From assembly GCA_003551425.1 (NCBI GenBank), contig PUMP01000049.1, positions 1 through 50,367 of the forward strand: 50,367 bases of DNA. The letters run 5' to 3'. The notes beneath the pieces are model-generated. The model was not told the origin of the DNA, searched no databases, and saw only the letters and a program-made list of their open reading frames with translations. The DNA comes from Candidatus Nealsonbacteria bacterium (lineage in GTDB: Bacteria > Patescibacteriota > Minisyncoccia > Minisyncoccales > PWPS01). Made by a program: the position numbers and the translations under genes. Positions 45,906-50,367 of this stretch are shown here, in pieces (the stretch's first letter is position 1; each line of letters begins with the position of its first letter).

Positions 45906-46696
45906 TTTCTTAATACAAAAAGAAAGTTAGCGTATCGAGCATCAAATCCGGGTTCTACTTTTGCCTGAACAAAAGCTTCAGCATCACTTTGAATTATCTC
46001 TTGTATTGATCCTATATAAATTCCTTTTACACCTACACTACCGTGCGGTAATGTTACTACAGCGTCTCCTTTTTCTATTTTTTTATCCTTGGGCAAAAGA
46101 TCAAGAAAAAGATTTTTTCCGCTCTCCCCTTTTAACATACCTATCGGACTGTCTTCATTTTGTACTTTTGCTTCAAAAGAAGATTTCTTGCTGGTAATAA
46201 GCTTTACATTGGAGAAGTCTTCATAGGTCTTGGAAATTACGCCCACAAAAGCTCCTTCCGGGCTTATTGCCAGATCACCCTCCTTTATCTCTTTTTCGTG
46301 TCTTATAACCAAATGATGACGAGAAATATCTTTTCCTATTACCTCAACAAAAACTTTTTCTTTTTCTTCTCCAAGATCTAAGTCCAGAGCGTCTCTTAGC
46401 GCTTTATTTTCCTCTTTTACTTCTCCTTGCATCGCCAAACGGGAAGAAAGGCGAATGTTTTCTCTCCTTAACTTACTTATCTCTTCTTCTACTTTTTCTG
46501 CCTCCCGAAACATCTCAATTGTTCTTTGAAGTCTTCCTCCCCTTTCAAATAAAATACGTTGTACGGGAGAAGTTATAAGCAAAAAAGTATTTTTTGTAAT
46601 ATTTGAAAAAGGAGTAAAAATATTTAAAGCAATAAAAAGGAATAAAATCAAAGAGATTATCCAAAGATTTTTCACTCTCGTTTTTTTTCTGTACAT
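45902..46696 (-). CDS. mreC: Rod shape-determining protein MreC
   Basis: N-terminal TM helix, a coiled coil ('EEEISKLRRENIRLSSRL') and two beta-barrel-like segments ('LITSKKSSFEAKV', 'GIYIGSI'). Confidence 0.8.
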   Translation of the reverse strand: MYRKKTRVKNLWIISLILFLFIALNIFTPFSNITKNTFLLITSPVQRILFERGGRLQRTIEMFREAEKVEEEISKLRRENIRLSSRLAMQGEVKEENKALRDALDLDLGEEKEKVFVEVIGKDISRHHLVIRHEKEIKEGDLAISPEGAFVGVISKTYEDFSNVKLITSKKSSFEAKVQNEDSPIGMLKGESGKNLFLDLLPKDKKIEKGDAVVTLPHGSVGVKGIYIGSIQEIIQSDAEAFVQAKVEPGFDARYANFLFVLRK

Positions 46697-46703
46697 TGTC
46701 TAT

Positions 46704-46712
46704 ATTATAACA
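46704..46712 (-). promoter_or_regulatory. Extended -10 (TGTTATAAT) 7 nt upstream of the mreC ATG; candidate leaderless promoter
   Basis: The minus strand reads TGTTATAATatagacaATG. Confidence 0.45.
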
Positions 46713-46769
46713 AATTCCCGTATCTCTACAATAAAAACGGGACAAACAAAAAAATCGTATCCAAATAAC

Positions 46770-46873
46770 GGGGGCTACCTACTTTCGCAGGAAAACCTAC
46801 TATCATCGGCCTTGACGCATTTCACTTCTGTGTTCGGAATGGGAACAGGTGGGACAACGTCAGTATAGCCCCC
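46770..46873 (-). rRNA. rrf: 5S rRNA (compact, about 104-108 nt)
   Basis: The reverse complement is GGGGGCTATACTGACGTTGTCCCACCTGTTCCCATTCCGAACACAGAAGTGAAATGCGTCAAGGCCGATGATAGTAGGTTTTCCTGCGAAAGTAGGTAGCCCCC. It has the conserved CCGAACACAGAAGTGAAA loop C/helix III region and a terminal helix GGGGGCTA/TAGCCCCC. Confidence 0.85.
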
Positions 46874-47026
46874 ATTAACTGAATGCGATTTGAAATAATA
46901 ATCATTAACTACTAGCCAAAATGCACGACCGATTAGTACTGCTCAGCTAAAAACGTTACCGCTCTTACACTTGCAGCCTATCAACCTCGTCATCTTCGAG
47001 GGGTCTATGAGTCCTAATCTTGGAGT

Positions 47027-47060
<34 letters not shown>

Positions 47061-47201
47061 CTTCCCAACTTAGCTACCCGGCGGTGCCGCTGGCGCGACA
47101 ACCGGTACACCAGAGGTTGGTTCAGTGAGGTCCTCTCGTACTATCACCAAATCTCCTCAAGACTCAACGCCTGTGGCAGATAGGGACCAACCTGTCTCAC
47201 G

Positions 47202-47954
47202 CATATTCTTTTCTTCCGTTACCGGAAGGATCGGACTATACCATCCCCGCACAAAAGCCATGCTCTTTACGGGGCCGACGTATTATGGAAATTTTGTTTC
47301 CATCCTTCTATAATAGAAGAGTCTCTACGGGGTCAATAAATCCTCTTTTACAAGATATCTTTTTACCATTTGTGAATTATTTTTCCGTTTTTTAGAGTAA
47401 TTCAGATCTTGAAATTGGTCTATTTTTTTACATAAATGGTAAAAATCACTTGCACTCTTTATTGACTTTTTACGGTTCAAAACTTCTCGAAAAAGCATTG
47501 CTTGTCTTTTTTTAAATCTTAGATAGGGAATGATAATATCAAGAAGATATAACATACTCTTACTATCACCCAGGATATATTCCACTATTCCATCTTTTCT
47601 TTTTCTAATATATCCGCACTTTAAAAGATCTCTTATGCACCTAAGGGCATTGATCTCTTTAACGGATTGATAAAAGACAATAGATGGAGCAATTTGAAAA
47701 CCAAACCTATAGCTCTTATTTGGTTTCAATCTAATGTGAATACTCCCATCCCCGTCCAAAAATCCAGCAATATAAGCTTTCTCGGTTGCTCGCATAAGTC
47801 AAAACAGATTTATGACTTCCCTCGGTATTATCCTAACATAAGACAGGTTATATGGCAATATATTGTTAGGATTCCACCGATATGAGTCGGTTTTTCATCT
47901 ACGATTACTCGTAGAAGCCGCCGTGATGTTCTCGATGTTCAGTGGTTATTATTG
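47202..47954 (-). mobile_element. Group I intron in 23S rRNA at the E. coli U2593|C2594 equivalent (the I-CreI site), with a LAGLIDADG ORF
   Basis: Joining the flanks restores GACCGU|CGUGAGACAG. The 5' exon ends in U and the intron ends in G. Group I core-like elements are CCCCGTAGAGACTC (R-like) and GATGGTATAGTCC (S-like). There is a terminal hairpin CTTCCG-GTAA-CGGAAG. Confidence 0.85.
47325..47795 (-). CDS. Single-motif LAGLIDADG homing endonuclease, I-CreI-like
   Basis: 'YIAGFLDGDGSIHIRLKPNKSYRFGFQ' is close to I-CreI 'YLAGFVDGDGSIIAQIKPNQSYKFKHQ' (recalled from memory). At 156 aa it is of homodimeric-type size. The stop codon lies inside the intron R-like element. Confidence 0.9.
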   Translation of the reverse strand: MRATEKAYIAGFLDGDGSIHIRLKPNKSYRFGFQIAPSIVFYQSVKEINALRCIRDLLKCGYIRKRKDGIVEYILGDSKSMLYLLDIIIPYLRFKKRQAMLFREVLNRKKSIKSASDFYHLCKKIDQFQDLNYSKKRKNNSQMVKRYLVKEDLLTP

Positions 47955-48021
47955 ACGGTCTGAACCCAGCTCACGTACCACTTTAATTGGCGAACAGCCA
48001 AACCCTTGGGAGCTGCTCCAC

Positions 48022-48054
<33 letters not shown>

Positions 48055-48239
48055 GAACAGGGCCGTTGATGTGAACTCTCGGGCCCTACTAGCCTGTTCA
48101 ATCTTTTTAAGATTAGACTATATCTTCATCCTATCGCCCGCCGTAGGTTTAAAACCATAGCGTGGCTTTGTATAATAGGAGACGGCGTATTGCCTGGTGT
48201 TTCAAACCAAGCCTCCCCTTTCGGGTCAGTCGTTACGGG

Positions 48240-48270
48240 GTCAAGCATATTTTTGGTAGCTGGGATAAGG
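48240..48270. repeat. Left arm of the ~28-31 nt imperfect inverted repeat enclosing the intron ORF
   Basis: GTCAAGCATATTTTTGGTAGCTGGGATAAGG compared with the reverse complement of 48653-48680, GTCAGCATATTTGGTAGCTGAGATAAGG. There are 27 matching positions, two small bulges and one mismatch. Confidence 0.75.
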
Positions 48271-48272
48271 GG

Positions 48273-48290
48273 GGGGGATTCTCATCCCCC
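48273..48290 (-). other. GNRA-tetraloop hairpin inside the intron, within a 9-nt C-run (rRNA sense)
   Basis: In the sense strand this reads GGGGGAU-GAGA-AUCCCCC, a 7-bp stem located between the ORF stop and the 3' arm of the long stem. Confidence 0.6.
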
Positions 48291-48328
48291 TTAAAGAAAG
48301 TTGAGTGAAAATCTTCTATTTAAGCCCT

Positions 48329-48613
48329 CTAATCAACTGCCCGGGCATCACTCCTTACTAAATATTTCGTCTGCTCTAAGGCTATGATCTTTCTCCCAGA
48401 AAGTTCGCACAGAATCCAACCGATCCACCTCGAAGCTCTTGCGTAGTCATCCATCTTTTTCACTTCTTCAATCATATATAACAAATGTTCTGGGCAATGG
48501 AAGCTGTCTTCTTCATCCAAACCTACCATCCCTCCTCGGTATTTTGGCTCTACGTCGGGAAAATAAGTTTTAATACGACGTTCTAATTCTGCAAGAGTTT
48601 TTGGAAAATACAT
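48329..48613 (-). CDS. Intron-encoded hypothetical protein, 94 aa (97 aa from the GTG at 48622), no recognised nuclease family
   Basis: ORF in the looped-out part of the intron. An SD (AGAGGTG) lies 6 nt upstream of the ATG at 48613. Sequence: MYFPKTLAELERRIKTYFPDVEPKYRGGMVGLDEEDSFHCPEHLLYMIEEVKKMDDYARASRWIGWILCELSGRKIIALEQTKYLVRSDARAVD. Confidence 0.55.
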   Translation of the reverse strand: MYFPKTLAELERRIKTYFPDVEPKYRGGMVGLDEEDSFHCPEHLLYMIEEVKKMDDYARASRWIGWILCELSGRKIIALEQTKYLVRSDARAVD

Positions 48614-48652
48614 TCTCTTCACCTCTTTTCTTAGATAAAGTTATAAACCCCT

Positions 48653-48680
48653 CCTTATCTCAGCTACCAAATATGCTGAC
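48653..48680. repeat. Right arm of the inverted repeat enclosing the intron ORF
   Basis: CCTTATCTCAGCTACCAAATATGCTGAC, which pairs with 48240-48270. Confidence 0.75.
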
Positions 48681-49375
48681 TTCCCACGGTATTTTAATGG
48701 ATCAAAACCTTCCGCTGTTAACGGATAGGAAGACCAACCATTAATTCACCGTTATAAGCCGTATCTCTACCTGTTATTACTAACAGGCGGGACAACAGAG
48801 CTTTCTTCCCACTTTACCGAAAAAGTAAAGCGAGTCAAGCTTCATCCCCGGGGTAGCTTTTAGCTGATGATCTCCGCATTTTCTATAAAAATACGTCGGT
48901 TCACTAAGCCCTACTTTCGTATCTGCGCGGCTTATCCGCCTTGCAGTCAAGCCAGCTTATGCCTTTATACTATCACTCCGATTTCCATCCGGAGTTAGCT
49001 GACCTTTGGACTTCTCCGTTACTCTTTAGGAGAAAAGCGCCCCACTCAAACTGACCACCTGACAATGTTCCTCCACTACTAATGGAAGTTAGAATCAAGA
49101 CCGTAAAAGGGTGGTGTCTCATTGACGACTCCACTGTAACCGAAATTACAGCATCAAAGTCTCCCACCTACGCTTCGCATTTACGGTCAAGACCCAATAT
49201 CAGGATACAGTAAAGCTCCCGGGGTCTTTCCGTCTAGCCACAGGTAACCGGCATCTTCACCGGTATTGCATTTTCACCGAGCGCCTCGTTGAGACAGCCC
49301 CCCAGTCGTTAAGCCTTTCGTGCGGGCCGGAACTTACCCGGCAAGGGATTACGCTACTTTAAGACGGTTATAGTT

Positions 49376-50097
49376 CTTTAACTTCCCCATGTCGCCATGA
49401 GGCATGGACTATATCTTCACCCTGTGAAATATTTACAGGGGCTCGGCGTATAGTCTCTGAGGATTCTTCTAGTATTTTTGAAGAATTTCTTCTTCGGTAT
49501 ATTTTCTGCTTCTCCCTACCTTCATTTTTCCTCTCAACTTAAGAAGGGTTTTCATTCCTTCGCGTCTTAGGTGTCTCTTTTTCCTGACAATTTCCGACAT
49601 CTGGCAGAAAATTTCAAAGTTTTTTCTCTGTTTTTCTCCTTTTAAGGGAAATGATCTAAAAAATGGAATTACGTTCTCAACAATTTCTTGTATGTCTCTC
49701 ACCTCATAATAACAAATTCCATCTTTACGATACCTGATCTTTCCACAACAAAGAACTTTTTTAAAAAGAAATGGCATTGTCTCGTCTTTTTGTGAAATAT
49801 TGAACGACAATCCAACTTTCCATCCCTTTTTATAGTCCTTCCTCTTTATCACAGAAAGATTAAAGCTTCCTTCTCCGTCAGCAAAGCCACTCAAGTAGCA
49901 TCCAGTGTCTATTGGAATTTTGCCTATAGGATTACTAGAAGTCTTTCCTGCTGATTGACCGCTTCGATTGAACATTTTTACTTCCATTGAGCAATATTAT
50001 CACTTAACGGAGAGTAGTTCAATATACCCGGTGTTTCCAGCATATAGCCGAGTTTTTTTCCTGAAAGTTACCTTTCAGGGGCGGCAACTATTACCTT
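49376..50097 (-). mobile_element. Group I intron in the 23S rRNA helix 69 loop (E. coli ~1911-1917 region by hand alignment), with a LAGLIDADG ORF
   Basis: Joining the flanks restores GGCGGU|AACUAUAACCGUC (the H69 stem-loop). The 5' exon ends in U and the intron ends in G. A candidate internal guide GCCGCC 13 nt into the intron can pair with exon GGCGGU (P1 with a U.G pair). The R element is TCAGAGACTATA, the P8-like hairpin is CCCTGTaaatatttcACAGGG, and the S element is GAAGATATAGTCC. Confidence 0.85.
49469..49987 (-). CDS. Single-motif LAGLIDADG homing endonuclease, I-CeuI-like
   Basis: 'YLSGFADGEGSFNLSV', 'FNISQ', 'GKIRYRKDG' and 'VIPFF' parallel the I-CeuI layout. The start may be the ATG at 49975. 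Confidence 0.9.
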   Translation of the reverse strand: MEVKMFNRSGQSAGKTSSNPIGKIPIDTGCYLSGFADGEGSFNLSVIKRKDYKKGWKVGLSFNISQKDETMPFLFKKVLCCGKIRYRKDGICYYEVRDIQEIVENVIPFFRSFPLKGEKQRKNFEIFCQMSEIVRKKRHLRREGMKTLLKLRGKMKVGRSRKYTEEEILQKY

Positions 50098-50367
50098 ACC
50101 GCCGACGTTTACTGGCGCTTCGGCCGCTCAGCTGCTCTCCGCCAAAAGCGGAGAGCAACCGGCGACGTTAACGTTCCAGCACTGGTCAGGCCTCAGCCCC
50201 TATACATCCTCTCGCGAGTTAAGCAGGGACCTGTGTTTTTGATAAACAGTCGCCAGGGGAACTTTCGCTGCGACCCAGCCACACCTCGCTGTGCTCAGTG
50301 GAATTTTAAATTTGAAATTCGAAATTCCATGCTAAACGCAGTGAGGTATGGCCAGGTAGGTCTTATC

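Larger units (their letters stand above)
48099..48843 (-). mobile_element. Group-I-like intron in 23S rRNA at the E. coli U2449|A2450 equivalent (peptidyl-transferase centre; the omega/I-SceI site), carrying a non-LAGLIDADG ORF
   Basis: Joining the flanks restores CCCCGGGGAU|AACAGGCU. The 5' exon ends in U and the insert ends in G. The S-like element GATGAAGATATAGTC is 22 nt from the 3' end. An R-like CCCCGTAACGACTGA and a CCC-GAAA-GGG hairpin are present. The exon to the next intron is 144 nt, equal to E. coli 2450-2593. Confidence 0.8.

Noticed and set aside
48500-48540. 'MVGLDEEDSF' in the middle-intron ORF superficially resembles a LAGLIDADG motif (compare GFADGEGSF and GFLDGDGSI in the sister introns).
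   Set aside because: The two structural glycines are replaced by acidic residues. The motif is not preceded by a helix-like segment. It is followed by helical-looking sequence rather than the beta-strands of the LAGLIDADG fold. The protein is only 94 aa. I kept it as a caveat to test with profile searches and did not use it as an annotation. An 'LDEED...EEVKK' PD-(D/E)XK-like reading is equally unsupported.
50300-50333. An AT-rich hairpin GGAATTT-taaatttgaaattcg-AAATTCC inside the 23S sequence, considered as a fourth insertion.
   Set aside because: It is short, has no ORF and no group I core elements. It lies in a region where 23S helices vary in length, so it is most simply a lineage-specific variable helix.

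Overview
Visibly AT-rich, very gene-dense bacterial segment that uses the standard genetic code. TGA works as a stop and ATGA start/stop overlaps are common. My inference is a reduced-genome CPR/Patescibacteria-like organism. Most of the window is housekeeping. On the + strand: a RecB/Cas4-like nuclease, udg, MscS, a Kef-like antiporter, pgeF, galU, thpR, murC, tig, a receiver domain, aspS, a D,D-carboxypeptidase, mraY-murD-ftsW-murG, gltX, a Xer recombinase and rpmA. A long co-directional minus-strand array runs from 46.7 kb down to 32.1 kb: mreC-mreD-PBP2-greA-lysS-HD-serS-femX-murF-ftsQ-mpg, then CIRCE-hrcA-grpE-dnaK-dnaJ-tRNA-Lys. Other minus-strand genes are pyrG, rplI, ctpA, rubrerythrin, dtd, ppiB and fmt. 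The right end (46.8-50.4 kb, minus strand) holds a compact 5S rRNA and the 3' ~1.24 kb of exon sequence of a 23S rRNA. That 23S is interrupted by three ~0.72-0.75 kb group-I-like introns at functional-centre sites: the helix 69 loop, U2449|A2450 and U2593|C2594 (E. coli equivalents). Two introns encode single-motif LAGLIDADG homing endonucleases (I-CeuI-like and I-CreI-like). The middle intron sits at the peptidyl-transferase centre, the site used by the yeast omega/I-SceI intron. It instead carries a 94-aa ORF with no recognisable homing-endonuclease motif, a strong Shine-Dalgarno and a ~28-nt flanking inverted repeat. This is the most novel-looking element in the window. Secondary points of interest: an ORFan islet next to tRNA-Lys (an 8-Cys mini-protein, a 258-aa YD-repeat-like protein, two further small proteins); a small operon with a consensus promoter and perfect SD that encodes a hydrophobic peptide; an apparent split between SD-less or leaderless housekeeping genes and strong-SD ORFan genes; an AspRS lacking the GAD insertion; and a short HrcA whose CIRCE operator overlaps its own -35. 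All coordinates for starts, intron junctions and RNA ends come from hand alignment and should be treated as +/- a few nt.
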